A stretch of DNA of 64,000 bases from Eledone cirrhosa (GCA_964016885.1 OZ024747.1:46066001-46130000), one strand, 5' to 3'. Positions 1 through 12,915 are shown, numbered from the stretch's first letter. Notes: generated from the letters alone by a model not told the origin. Made by a program: numbers and translations.

Positions 1-176
1 GGTGTGTGTGGTGTGTGTGTAAGAGAGAGAGAGTGTATGCATATATATATATATATATATATATACCCTCTCCGTCTCTCTCTCTATATAGATATAAGGA
101 TAGATAGGTAGGTACGTCGGTAGGTAGATACACACATACACATATACATACATATGTATATGAGCGTCTGCGTATT

Positions 177-248
<72 letters not shown>

Positions 249-281
249 TATGTGAGTGTGTGTGTGTATGTGTGAGCATGA

Positions 282-368
<87 letters not shown>

Positions 369-1443
369 TGTATGTGTGTGTGTGTACACAACTGAAAATA
401 CTAATTAACAACAAGCCACATAAAGGTGGATAACATTACACTTGAGAGAGATTAATACACTTCTAGGAAATTTGGTTAATGTTTTTAATTGAAGATTAAG
501 AAACATCTAGCTTTCAATGACCTACATTTTATAGTTATGTTTCCCAGTAGGAGAACATAAGTCAAGACGCTTGATTATGTTTCTGACCATTCTCTAGAAT
601 TTCACCTCAAGACAAGAACTGCTAATGGATTCCTATAAATTTTAACAAATTAGTTTCAACAATGCAACTTTCAGAATAACACGACTAAAAGATATTAAAT
701 GGAATTGTTAGGTTTTGCATGATTTGTATGTAAAATGTAACAGAAAGAGCAAAGCAAATTACATTTCCATGATTGATTCTAGAAGATTCTTTGTTAAATA
801 ACAGAGCTATTTATTTATTTATATACAAAGTGAAAACGTTTGAGAAGTTATTTCCCGAAACTGTGTATATACAACTTTCATAACGTTGTTGGTGTTTTAC
901 TCATACCGTACCTTTGAATCTTCTTTTCCCAACACGTGGAACTATAAGATTATATTTTTTTTATTCGAGAACTATAAATAAAGATCTTTCATCTGTAACC
1001 ATTCCATGATATTTCCATAAATGTTATATCTAGAACTACATTTTTCAATATGTTCTTCCTTTATTTAAAGTCGATAGGATTTGAGATTTGAGATGTGAGA
1101 TGGATTTCGCTGGTTTTTTTTATAGCGGGCCGAGTGGCTAAGTAAGATGTACTTCCGTTTCTGAAGTCGATGCTAGAAAAGAATGAGTTTGATTTAGTGC
1201 TAAGTGACAATTAATGAGGGAAATTGTTTATTCTATTCGAGTGCTAGCGATTTACTTAATAATTTCAAGGAAGAAATTTTAGCACAATTTTTACTGAACT
1301 CAGTATTTCTAAACTAACTAGTATGAAACTAATTTCTTGTTATTCCTAAACCACAAACTTATCACTGATTATTATTGTAAGAAGGTAATTCACAAGAGAG
1401 AGAGAGAGAAAGAGCTGTGTAAAATCTCGACCGGAGCGCCAAG

Positions 1444-1483
<40 letters not shown>

Positions 1484-1492
<9 letters not shown>

Positions 1493-1650
1493 ATTTAAAA
1501 CTGCACTATCCACAAGTGTTTTTTAACCTTCATATCATGTCTTCTTATTTTATCTGATGTAAACACAAATGTTATTGCATGATGATATTTGTTTTTGAAA
1601 TGCGCATAATAAAATATATGGAACTCTTTTAACCATCTTTTGATCTTATA
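1484..1650 (+). mobile_element. ~165-bp hammerhead-bearing mini-element (family H1), core mutated
   Basis: Homologous to 23271-23445(-) and 60956-61125(+); flanked by (TA)n. Reads TATTTTAT-CTGATGT-stem II-GAAA-TGCGCA-TA-ATAAAATA at 1546-1616, with the last core A changed to T. Confidence 0.75.
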
Positions 1651-1663
1651 TATATATATATAT

Positions 1664-2687
1664 AGTAATAATAATAAAATTGAAGACTAAACTCCAAAGA
1701 GGGCTCGATAAGGAAAATATATATCAAATATATGAGAACCGTAGAGCAAATATTTATTAAAATAACAGATTAAAGTTTAAGCAAAGAATCGCTGCTTTCA
1801 CCCTTAACGGGATCTTCTGAAACTAACAAAGTCAATCTGTAAACGCAGAACTGGATATTTCAAAAAACGTTGCAACCGGAGGAAGACAGGAAGACGATAT
1901 TTTGGTTCGTGGTAACGTTCGCTGGCAAAGAACGGGAGAAAACGAATAATACGTCATTAATAGCAGCGGTGAAAAACAATTACGCACTAAGACAGAACCA
2001 CGTTTATGGTATAAAAGAGGTCGTAGACTAATGTTCACTTAGGTGGTGCATAGAGACGTTCTCTGGCAATGAACGAAAAAACGAAGATAATAAGTCATAT
2101 GTGGAGCGTGGAGAACTGTGCGTGGATTTGCATACCTATGGTAAGGTTTTGCGTATGCTTGTGTATGTAGGTATCTGTTTGCGTGTATGTATTTATTTGT
2201 TTCTATTACTTTTGTATTTATTTACTTTGTTCTTAACTCTGTAGCGGAGATTCATTTGGTCTCCTAGTTAGAATTTTAGTCTACGACTTCTGCTTACCAT
2301 TTACGTGATTTTGTCTTTGCGTGCTATTGTTCTCCACGCTCCACATATGACTGATTATCTTCGTTTTTTCGTTCATTGCCAGAGAACGTCTCTATGCACC
2401 ACCTAAGTGAACATTAGTCTACGACCTCTTTTATACCATAAACGTGGTTCTGTCTTTGCGCGTAATTGTTTTTCACCGCTCCCATTAATCACGTATTATT
2501 CGTTTTCTCCCGTTCTTTGCCAGCGAACGTTACCACGAACCAAAGTATCGTATTCCTGTCTTCCTCCGGTTGCAACGTTTTTTGAAATATCCAGTTCTGC
2601 GTTTACAGATTAACTTTGTTAGTTTCAGAAGATCCCGTTAAGGGTGAAAGCAGCGATTCTTTGCTTAAACTTTAATCTGTTATTTTA

Positions 2688-2696
<9 letters not shown>
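1664..2696 (-). mobile_element. Penelope-like non-coding element with ~365-bp inverted repeat arms
   Basis: 1750-2116 is the reverse complement of 2329-2696. (TA)n lies on both sides. Each arm has a decayed hammerhead-like CAGAAGA-tccc-gttaa-gggt-GAAA. A collapsed sibling is at 44892-45046. Confidence 0.6.
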
Positions 2697-2779
<83 letters not shown>

Positions 2780-2881
2780 TTGTATAAGGGATAACAAAAT
2801 ATCGTTATAAGTAATCCGGTTAGAGGTTGTGAATACTCCGTATTGTAATTTGAATTCGTAAACGCAGAGCATATTTTTAAC

Positions 2882-2993
2882 AGTCTTTTCTGATGATCTG
2901 GTTAAGCTAACAGCGTTTTTAAAATTGAGTCGCGCAGCTTCAAGTGTTCAGCAATTTTTAGACAACTTAATCAGTGAAACAATTGTTAATACT
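2882..2993 (+). ncRNA. Type I hammerhead ribozyme with extended stem II (family H2)
   Basis: CTGATGA 2890-2896; CTGGTTAAG/CTTAATCAG closes a ~79-nt stem II; GAAA 2976-2979; palindrome CAATTG; GUU site. Stem I is only partly paired. Confidence 0.6.
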
Positions 2994-3117
2994 ATAAATA
3001 AAACCCTCTTCTGTACTGTTGACCATGTTATTCTTCACTCTTTCAATATATATATTGTGTGTGTGGGGGGGGGGGGGCGTGTGCGTGCGTACGTGTGTGC
3101 GTGTGTGTGTGTGTATT

Positions 3118-3425
<308 letters not shown>

Positions 3426-3949
3426 ATGTATCTATGTATGAAGATTAATCACAAACCATTATTCTCGTGAATTATAATGAAACGAGTTTTGTTAGCTGTT
3501 GCTATTTTTTATCAGCTCACCCATAACTCTGCTCATAAAACAGTTTTTTTATTGGTTAAAAACAACTTGTAAAATCCACTTTGATTGGTTGACCGACATC
3601 TAATGCCATAAATGTTGGTTTTATTGGTCGATATATAAAACCTATTTGCACCGGTTCATCAGAAATTTGGCTCATAAAGATCATTTGTACTGGTTGACCA
3701 ATAATTTAAGACATAAAAAATGATCTTTTACTGCCAGATATTTTGTTCCTTCACACTGTTTGAGCCTTATTATTTGTTAGTATATATATATATATATATT
3801 TTTTTTTTTTCTTGCAAGAACTTTTAATACATGTATCGAACCTTATTCTGGGACGAATAAAATGCCGAAAAATAAGAAAATAGAAAAGCATAGAAATAGA
3901 CACACACACACACACACACACGCATATATATATCATAAAATGAAATAGT

Positions 3950-4400
3950 TAAATTAATTTTTTTTGTAAGTTTTTCGTAACCTTTAATATTTGTTCTAAT
4001 CGCTATGAATTCGAAATTTTCCCTATAAAAGTTTCTTTTAATTTCTTAATATTAAATAAAATAAATCTAAATTTGTTTCATTGAACTGTTTATGGCATCT
4101 TTATTTCATGACTTATTACCAATATTATAATTTTTTTTTATTTTATTGGGGTAGGGACTTCTTTGAGGAAAACTACTTTTGGAAAAATATTTTTCGATAT
4201 TTGTTATTTATAATCTTTTTTCTTTAAACTTGTTTATATTTTGGAAATTTATTTTAAAGTAATTTAAACCTCTTGATAATAATTTCAAGAAATGTTCATC
4301 GAACGTCTGACGGCTAAATAAGATTTTGACATCGGATGGTTAATTGTTCGGGAAGAATTTTATTAAACTTATTTCAGAAGAGTTCATTTCACTCAAAATA
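3950..4400 (-). pseudogene. Possible decayed Penelope-like ORF N-terminal fragment
   Basis: Minus strand near 4255-4320 reads ...DEHFLKLLSRGLNY, resembling the PLE LS(K/R)GLNF motif. The rest is degenerate. Confidence 0.3.
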
Positions 4401-4434
4401 TCATCATCATCATGATCCTGTTCATTATTCTCAT

Positions 4435-5020
4435 CATCATCATTATCAACACAGCAGCAGCAGCAGCAACAGTGGCAACACTATGATGATGACGATCATC
4501 ATCATCATCATCATTATCAACAGCAGCATCAGTAGCAGCAACAGTGGAAACACTATGATGATGACGATCATCATCATCATCATCATTATCAACAGCAGCA
4601 TCAGTAGCAGCAACAGTGGAAACACTATGATCATCATCATCATCATCATCATCATTATCAACAGCAGTAGCAGTAGCAGCACTAGTGGCAACACTATGAT
4701 GATGATGATGATCATCATCATCATCATTATCAACAGCAGTAGCAGTAGCAGCACTAGTGGCAACACTATGATGATGATGATCATCATCATCATCATCATT
4801 ATCAACAGCAGTAGCAGTAGCAGCACTAGTGGCAACACTATGATCATCATCATCATCATCATCATCATCATTATCAACAGCAGTAGCAGTAGCAGCAGCA
4901 GTGGCAACACTATGATCATCATCATCATCATCATCATTATCAACAGCAGCATCAGTAGCAGCAGCAGTGACGACACTATCATCATCATCATCATCATGAA
5001 CTTCCTCGACACCAGCAGCA
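4435..5020. repeat. Composite minisatellite, ~9 units of ~55-70 bp built from (CAT)n/(CAG,TAG)n/(GAT)n
   Basis: Recurrent unit (cat)n-tatcaacagcagtagcagtagcagcactagtggcaacactatgat. Confidence 0.9.
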
Positions 5021-5497
5021 ACAGTATTTCGTCAATTTAATATTCCAGACAGGATAATAGTCTGGATAGGATTGCAGAATATTCTATAACGTTTTATCAC
5101 CACCCACATTCTTATTTCAGCATCTCTTCCATATCACTTGCAAAGTCGGACACCTGAACTTAGAGGTGACGATTAGACAATATATCTAGTTGATATACAG
5201 ACTGTATCAAAATTAATCATTCGAATTTATTTACAAGTTTTCCAAATGCTCAGTATGTGAATAATTTTATAAACCTTTATAAAAAAAAAAAAGAATAAAA
5301 CTTTATATTCAGGCATGTATTTTTACACGTTACCGCATCATTATATGGTCATTTGTTTCAAAATTATAGCCTTTTGAAATATATCCGATTTGATATACCC
5401 TGTATATAAGCCCTTATATTAAATATTTTGTCTGGAAGAGGTATATTATCTATTTTGTTGCTTATGTAGCTGAGACAAATAAATATTATACTTGACC

Positions 5498-5567
<70 letters not shown>

Positions 5568-5685
5568 TGTATACTGTGAGTAAATAAACGTTTTCGACGA
5601 GCCAACCACTGGTTTACGGTGTATATTTTCACTCTGTGATTGCAACCCGACGTTCAGAATAATTATTTAATATCAATATTTTAAA

Positions 5686-5847
5686 TAGAGGGTCGGACGC
5701 CATGCTTTCCAGCATAGTTACGTCGCTTTACGATCTGAGTTCAAATCCCGCCGAGGTTGACTTTGCCTTTCATCCTTACGGGGTCGATAAAATAAAGTAC
5801 CAGTAATGCAGTGGGTAATTGCTGGCCTTGTGCCTAAAGTAGAAACA
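5686..5847 (+). mobile_element. tRNA-derived SINE, slightly 5'-truncated, with 13-bp TSD
   Basis: Same body as the other copies; AATATTTTAAATA at 5675-5687 and 5848-5860. Confidence 0.9.
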
Positions 5848-7182
5848 AATATTTTAAATATCACATTTACGATTTATTCAAAATCCAATTACACATGTTT
5901 TTAATTTAATTAATTTCATGGAATATCAACGCATTTGATAACAATGGTACCAATGCTTTAATGTTTGATTGTAGTGAAATAACACTCTTAGATACAGCAT
6001 TTTGTAACTAATTCAATTTTGAGTAGAAGCCATATACAATTTTAAATTGATCCACCTCTCTATATTTATCTATTTTTGTTAGCATGTCTGATACGCCATT
6101 CCCGCGGTTCTTTCAGAATAACCGTATTAGATGCCTTCTAATAAAATATGGAGGAATCCCATGACAAAAACATGTTTTCCAGAGTTCCTACACTTCAGTT
6201 ATTGTGGGAATTGCATTAAAGTTGAAATTATATAACACAACTATAAATACCTGAACAATTAATATTCTGGCACTAATATCAAGCACTACTCACCAAGGAT
6301 TCAATTGGGATGTCTTATAATAAATTTACTTTAAATCATTTTGCACACCTCCCTAATGTGCCACAAGAGTATTCTGAAGAAACAGTCATCATCCTTTAAA
6401 CTTTTCCGTGATTGATGGGGAAAAAGGAGGAAACTTGACCCAAAGTCTTGCAACGAGGTACACTCCGCTAAAGTTATCCAAGGGAAACGGTTTAAGTCAC
6501 CCTAACCTTTGTCTACCACTTATAATGTCTATCAAATTAAGTATATCACTCAAATTAATTTAATCATACAATATATTTTAAAAGCACGGAACAACAACTC
6601 CTGAGGCATAAAAGTTTGTTTTATGATGATCAGAAATGTAAGTGCATTTATGATAACATTTCAAAGTAAATACATCCTACGGTCTACTTATCATTGTTTC
6701 TCGAGTCATTATATTAGTATTGCATTCGTACATTTTAACAAAATTAACCATTTGACGTTGAGTGGATATAATAGCAAGTTCAATAATTAATTATGTACAC
6801 AGAATTTATGAAAGTCAAGAATATAAGGTAAATTCAATCCAAAATAACTAATAGAAACCACAAATTACTGAACTAATCGATTTCTATGATCAATAAAATG
6901 ATGCACTGAAATAACTGGGAGTTCTGTCTAATGCTATTTTAGACATCAACATGAATTTTGACTCCTTGAAATTTATTGTATTTCGTGGAAATATTTCATA
7001 ACTAGAAAATATTGAAATAATTGTAGAATATTATCAAATGATTGGTAAAAATTCATATCAATAGTGAAAGAAAATATGTCTGTTCTTAATAAATGAGCGA
7101 TTTGCTTGGCTGGCTACCGTGGTTTATACGCAAATATGGAATGGAAATTGAATGGAAATTAAGAGTTCAAATTGTTCCACCA

Positions 7183-7762
7183 ATGCACTCGTCCAGTGGC
7201 CGAGCATTGCTGACTTGTGGCTGTATGTCGAACACCTGCTGTCGCGTGTAGGACGGATCCGACTATCAGCTGAATCCATCGTGGGGATTGCCCCGCCCTC
7301 TTCCTTTAGCCGGGAAGGGCAGGCAGTTTTTATCTGTCTCGTGGCCATGGCGAAAGAGATAGTATGGTGGACGCGTCTGAAAGGGCTGAAGACGAGCACT
7401 TACCTCTTCGGTGATGCCCTGATTAACTTTTTCCAATTTCATTTGAAAAGGAAAATCAGGGTAGAGAGGGAAGTGCTCTCTTCCCAGCTTTTTGGTGAAA
7501 GATGGGTGAGAGAGGCAAGTAAATTGAGTATATGCCTGTAAATTGAAGGTGGAAAACTGGGAGAGGACAACTGCCCTGGGCTTTCTCCACGATGGCCCTC
7601 GGAAGTCTCCCCCTTATTGGGGAATTTTTCATTGTTCTATTATTACATCCTCTGTTTTTTTTGTTTTTTACACGCATAAATGCCCATTTGTACTGTCCTG
7701 TATTGTCCTGTACTGTCCTTAATGACTACTTTCTGTAAACCCTTGTGGTTAATAAAGAAACC
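7183..7762 (+). mobile_element. L1/Tx1 family A, 5'-truncated 3' fragment
   Basis: Near-identical to 17798-18372; encodes LSRVGRIRLSAESIV...KEIVWWTRLKGLK; ends AATAAAGAAA plus (TTA)n. Confidence 0.92.
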
Positions 7763-7797
7763 ATTATTATCATTGTTATTATTATTATTATTATTAT

Positions 7798-10700
7798 TCT
7801 TTGAGTCTCAGTCATTGATGTTAGTTAACTGGAAAGTTTATTGAAATGAATATCAAGCCACTACTTGCAGCCTCAGATATTCAGGACGTATCGGAGGGTT
7901 CTTGCTGTTCCCAGCAAGCATGCCTTTTGAAGCGTTCCAAAAAGCGTGAAGGGGCCAATTTAATTTAACCATCCCTGGAAACTTTTTCAGATAGTACCTA
8001 GTGCGCCTATGACAATCGGGATCACTTTGACTTCATGGCAGTTCCAAATCCTTTTTACCTCCCACTTTAAGTCCTGGTATCGGTTAATTTTCTCCCGCTC
8101 CTTCTCTTGCACTCTCCTGTCGAATGGGCAGGCCACCTCCACAATCAGGCACGATCTTCTTTCCTTGTCCAAAACCACCAGGTCAGATCTATTGTGTTCC
8201 AGTTTCTTGTCCGTCTGTATCCTAAAATCCCATAGCACCTTCACCTGATCGTTTTCTATCACCGACTCTGGCTTATGCTCATACCACTTCTCAGAATGTG
8301 GTAAATTGTTTACTTTGCATAGGTGTCAGTAGACCACGCTGCCCATCACATCATGTCTCCAGCCCTTATAGTGAGTCTGGGCTAGGTGTTTACACTCGGA
8401 TACAATGTGAGCCACCGTCTCCTCTCTCTCTCCACAGATCCTGCACAGTGGGCTAGCCTCCTCCTTGTAAATATGGTGTTTCAACCACTTCGTTTTGAGG
8501 GCCTGTTCTTGCGCAGCCATTAACATTCCTTCTGTAGCCTCTTTAAGGTCTCCTCTTTTCAACCATTTCCATGTCTGTGGATCTCTGAATTTCGTTTTCT
8601 CAAAGAAGGTACTATGAAGGGATTTTTCCTGAAGGCTGCTCTTTCGCCTTGTTATTTCCTCCTTGGACATCCCCTGGTCTATTGTCCTCTCCTTCAGTAC
8701 AATTCTGAGCATTGGCTCCTTACTATCAGTCACGTATTTGTGTAGGTTGTTTTTCTCCATCTGAACACAGTCCTCTATACTGATAAGACCTCTTCCACCT
8801 TCAGATCTCCTTAAGTAGAGTCTATCGACATCACTCCTCTTGTGGAACATATTGTAGATAGTCAATAGCTTCCTAGTCTCCCTATCCATTTCTTTTTGTT
8901 CAGCAACATTCCATCTCAGAATTCCCGCACTGTACCTAATAATAGACACAGCTCGGTAATTTACTGCACTTATGGCATTCCTACTGTTAAAATGTGACTT
9001 TAATACGCTCCTTACTCTCCGAATGTATTCAGATCTTATCAATTCCTTCATTTTTTTGTTCTTGATGTCATCAGCCTCCAGAACACCCAAATACTTGTAT
9101 TCTTCTTCGGTGTCAATTTCCCTTACCATGTCACATGTTGGTACCTGGATTCCGTTGCTTCTGCTCAATTTACCCCTCTTCATACCAAATCTCTTCACTT
9201 CCTAATACCAAATTGCATACATATATCATTGCTGAAAATACGGACAGTGTCAACAACCACATCCAACTCCTTCTCACTCTTCCCGAAGAGTTTAAGATCG
9301 TCCATGAAGAGGAGGTGATTGGTGGTAAGCTCTCCCTTTCCCAATTTGTATCCTGCTCTCACTTTTCGCAGTATAATGGTCAGGGTCATCAGGGCAAGGA
9401 CAAACAACAGAGGGACAGACTATCTCCCTGGAAGATACCTCTCTTGATCTTCACGCTTCCCAAGGATTCTCCAGCTGGTGTTAACTCTGTTTTCAGGACT
9501 GCATACTTTTGCCCAACAACTGTCTGATGTTATCTGCCACCTTGAAGATCTCTAGGCTTTTGGTGATCCACGAATGAGGCACCATGTCAAATGCCTTTTT
9601 GTAGTCTATCCATCCCATGGCAAGACCAGTGTTTCTCCTCTTGCAATTCCTCATTACCATCTTATCAATAAGTAACTGGTCCTTTGTACCACGGGACTTC
9701 TTTCGGCATCCTTTCTGTTCGTCCGGTAACAAGTTGTTTGTGTGGAGGTGATGGTAGATTTCCTCATACATAATGCTTGTCAACAGTTTCCACATTACGG
9801 ACAGACATGTGATAGGTCTATAGTTGGTAACATCATTACCCTTGATTCGGTCTTTCATTACCAGAACTGTAATACCTTTTGTCAACCACTCTGGTACCTC
9901 ACCTGACATCAAGCAGTCATTGAACATGGTTGTCAGTTTCGGGTGGAGGGATGTTATATTTTTAATCCAATACCCCTGCACATCATCTGGGCGTGGTGAT
10001 TTCTAGTTGGTTAGTTTTTTGACCTGCCCCTTAAGAGTTTCAAATGTGATACTCAAATCAGTTTGTTGGTGTGTCTGTTCACTAATCTCCTTTTGTACTC
10101 TCTCAATCCGCACTGCTTGGTCTTTATGTTTAACATCCTGCTCCCATATTCCTCTCCAGAATGTCTTAGTTTGTTCCGCCTCAGGTATCAAGTCGTTGCC
10201 TCTTTCTTTCCCTTCAAGCTGTTCAAACAGCATCTTCTGGTTGTTGTCAAACATGAGTTCTGTCTATACTTACTGACTCTGTTCTCGTATCGCCTAATTT
10301 TTGCACTCTTTGCTACAATGTGTTGCTCCAGTTCCTCTATGATAATATTAAGCTTTTTCATCCTAGTTTTGTACTTTATTTCCAGTCTATTTTTAGTGTC
10401 TATGTTTTTTAGTGTCCCATTCAGTAGGGACTCAAGCTTTCCAATGTCATTTCTCATTTCCCTGATTTGACCATTCAGTCGTTTCTTCCACCAAGGTTCT
10501 GATCTTTCTTGTTTGTTGTTTCCTCTCGCTTTTATGCCAAGTAATTTCCTCACCGCATTTGCTGTTGCTTTGAGGATACTGTTGCACTGGTGAAGGCTCC
10601 TCGCCTCAAGGTATGGGATGACTTTGTTTACCTGTTTAGCTGTTGTTTCTTTTAACTTTTTCCTGTCTACAAATCTTAGGTTCATAGGTTTCCCACTATC

Positions 10701-11490
10701 ATTGTTCAATTCATCTACCACTAAGTTTAGGATATCAACCAAATCCTGTCCTAGCCCGTCAGCATTCATCTCCTCAATGGCCGTATCTTTGTTCCAGGTA
10801 TTATTTATTTCAGCATTCATATCATTGTCTGCTTCGGATGGTTCCTCCGTTCTCTCAACCTCTTCACCTTCATTTCCCACTGGTTCGTTTGCCTGGCATA
10901 CTCCATTCTCCATTTCCAACCTAATCTCTCTGCTCAGTTCCCCCAGTTCCAGCTCGCTTATCCACCCATTAGTTCTTATTACCCGAGCCAGTCCGGCCAA
11001 TTTTTGTTCATCTAATTTAAATAGACCAATCTCGTTCCAGATGTTATGCATCCGTTTCCTATAGCCTTTCTCCTTGGGGTTACTCTTCAGGTAACATTGC
11101 ATAACAGTTCTATTCAATTCTTTCGTCCAGTTGGTTCTGGTCCCTTTCCTTCTTCTTCTTCCTCCGACACCAGCAGTATTTGGTTGACAGCCAGGTCCCT
11201 GTTGCTGAGCCAGGGAGCACCTGCTGGGTGAGAGTCTGTCACATGACATTCCTGTCTCCACTTCAACGTTATTCGAACTGTTTAGGTTCGACATTTAAAC
11301 ACTCTTATCGAGGATTGGTGAATGTATGGTTACATAACCACCGGTGATTTCATTACGCCCGGTGATTTTAGTGTGGCACTATCACGCTGTAGACGAACAT
11401 AAATAAACAAACAAACAAATAGGTAAACAAAACCCAAAAAAGAATAAGCATAAGTTTCATTGTAATGTAATGTTTAAATGTCTGACTTAG

Positions 11491-11500
<10 letters not shown>
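7798..11500 (-). mobile_element. R4/Dong-clade non-LTR retrotransposon, near full length, disrupted
   Basis: A single ORF in pieces: RT motifs (NYRPITCL, WIDYKKAFDMVPH, HLLFMDDLKL, YKYLG), CRIC..H..C knuckle and restriction-like endonuclease. (TAA)n at both ends, the established Dong target. Confidence 0.92.
7879..11294 (-). pseudogene. Dong/R4 RT-RLE polyprotein, frameshifted
   Basis: ORF-track pieces 10188-11294, 10003-10254, 9493-9981, 9195-9407, 8326-9198 and 7987-8262 are collinear. Confidence 0.9.
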
Positions 11501-11527
<27 letters not shown>

Positions 11528-11536
11528 GTTATTATT

Positions 11537-12915
11537 CCTTGAATCTCAGTCATTGATGTTAGTTAACTGGAAAGTCCGTTGGAATGAACATCAAGCCACT
11601 ACCTGCAGCCTCAGATATTCAGGACGTATCGGAGGGTTCTTGCTGTTCCCAGCAAGCATGCCTTTTGAAGCGTTCCAAAAAGCGTGAAGGGGCCGATTTT
11701 CTTTAACCATCCCTGGAAACTTTTGGAGATAGTCCCCAGTGCGCCTATGACAATCGGGATCACTTTGACTTCATGGCAGTTCCAAATCCTTTTTACCTCC
11801 CACTTTAAGTCCTGGTATCGGTTAATTTTCTCCCTCTCCTTCTCTTGCACTCTCGTGTCGAATGGGCAGGCCACATCCACAATCAGACACGATCTTTTTT
11901 CTTTGTCCACAACCACCAGGTCAGGTGTATTGTGTTCCAGTTTCTTGTCCGTCTGTATCCTAAAATCCCATAGCACCTTCACCTGATCGTTCTCCATCAC
12001 CGCCTCTGGCTTATGCTCATACCATTTCTCAGAATGTGGTAAGTTGTTTACTTTGCACAGGTGCCAGTGGATCACCCTGCCCATCACATCATGTCTCCAG
12101 CCCTTATAGTGGGTCTGGGCTAGGTGTTTACACTCGGATACAATGTGAGGCACAGTCTCCTCTCTCTCTCCACAGATCCTGCACAGTGGGCTAGCCTGCT
12201 CCTTGTAAATATGGTGTTTCAACCACATCGTTTTGAGGGCCTGCTCCTGTGCAGCCATTAACATTCCTTCTGTAGCCTTTTTAAGGTCTCCTCTTCTCAA
12301 CCAGTTCCATGTCTGTGGATCTCTAAATTCAGTTTTCTCAAAGAAGGTACTATGAGGGGATTTTTCCTGAAGGCTGCTCTTTCTCCTTGATGTTATTTCC
12401 TCCTCGGACATCCCCTGGCCTATTGTCCCCTCCTTCAGTACAGTTCTGAGCATTGGCTCCTTACTATCAGTCACGTATTTGTGTAGGTTGTTTTTCTCCA
12501 TCTGAACACAGTCCTCTATGCTGATAAGACCTCTTCCACCCTCAGATCTCCTTAGGTAGAGTCTATCGACATCACTCCTCTTGTGGAACATGTTGTAGAT
12601 AGTCAATAGCTTCCTAGTCTTCCTATCCATTTCTTTTTGTTCAGCAACATTCCATCTCAGAATTCCCGCACTGTACCTAATAATAGACACAGCTCGGGAA
12701 TTTACTGCGCTTATGGCATTTCTGCTGTTCAGATGTGACTTCAATACGCTCCTTGCTGTTCAGAGAAGGAAAGGGACCAGAACCAACTGGACGAAAGAAT
12801 TGAATAGAACTGTTATGCAATGTTACCTGAAAAGTAACCCCAAGGAGAGGAGCTATAGGAGACGGATGCATAACATCTGGAACGAGATTGGTCTATTTAA
12901 ATTAGATGAACAAAA
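11537..12915 (-). mobile_element. Second Dong/R4 copy, 5'-truncated with 5' inversion
   Basis: 11537-12754 matches 7798-9012. About 12763-12918 is an opposite-orientation copy of ~10999-11155. (TTA)n lies on both sides. Confidence 0.92.
11611..12744 (-). CDS. Open C-terminal part of Dong ORF (RT thumb, Zn knuckle, PD-(D/E)xK endonuclease); no native start
   Basis: 377 aa with CRICGEREETVPHIVSEC, RHD, TPDLVVVDK...DVACP, EK..RY and PIVIGALG. Confidence 0.8.
   Translation of the reverse strand: MKSHLNSRNAISAVNSRAVSIIRYSAGILRWNVAEQKEMDRKTRKLLTIYNMFHKRSDVDRLYLRRSEGGRGLISIEDCVQMEKNNLHKYVTDSKEPMLRTVLKEGTIGQGMSEEEITSRRKSSLQEKSPHSTFFEKTEFRDPQTWNWLRRGDLKKATEGMLMAAQEQALKTMWLKHHIYKEQASPLCRICGEREETVPHIVSECKHLAQTHYKGWRHDVMGRVIHWHLCKVNNLPHSEKWYEHKPEAVMENDQVKVLWDFRIQTDKKLEHNTPDLVVVDKEKRSCLIVDVACPFDTRVQEKEREKINRYQDLKWEVKRIWNCHEVKVIPIVIGALGTISKSFQGWLKKIGPFTLFGTLQKACLLGTARTLRYVLNI

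Noticed and set aside
775-846. Hammerhead-like CTAGAAGA...GAAA-ACGT-TT
   Set aside because: The core has an extra base and stem I does not pair; plausible by chance in AT-rich DNA.
3530-3710. Repeated ATTGG (CCAAT-box) motifs as a promoter
   Set aside because: They look like a decayed short-period repeat, and no downstream gene was identified.
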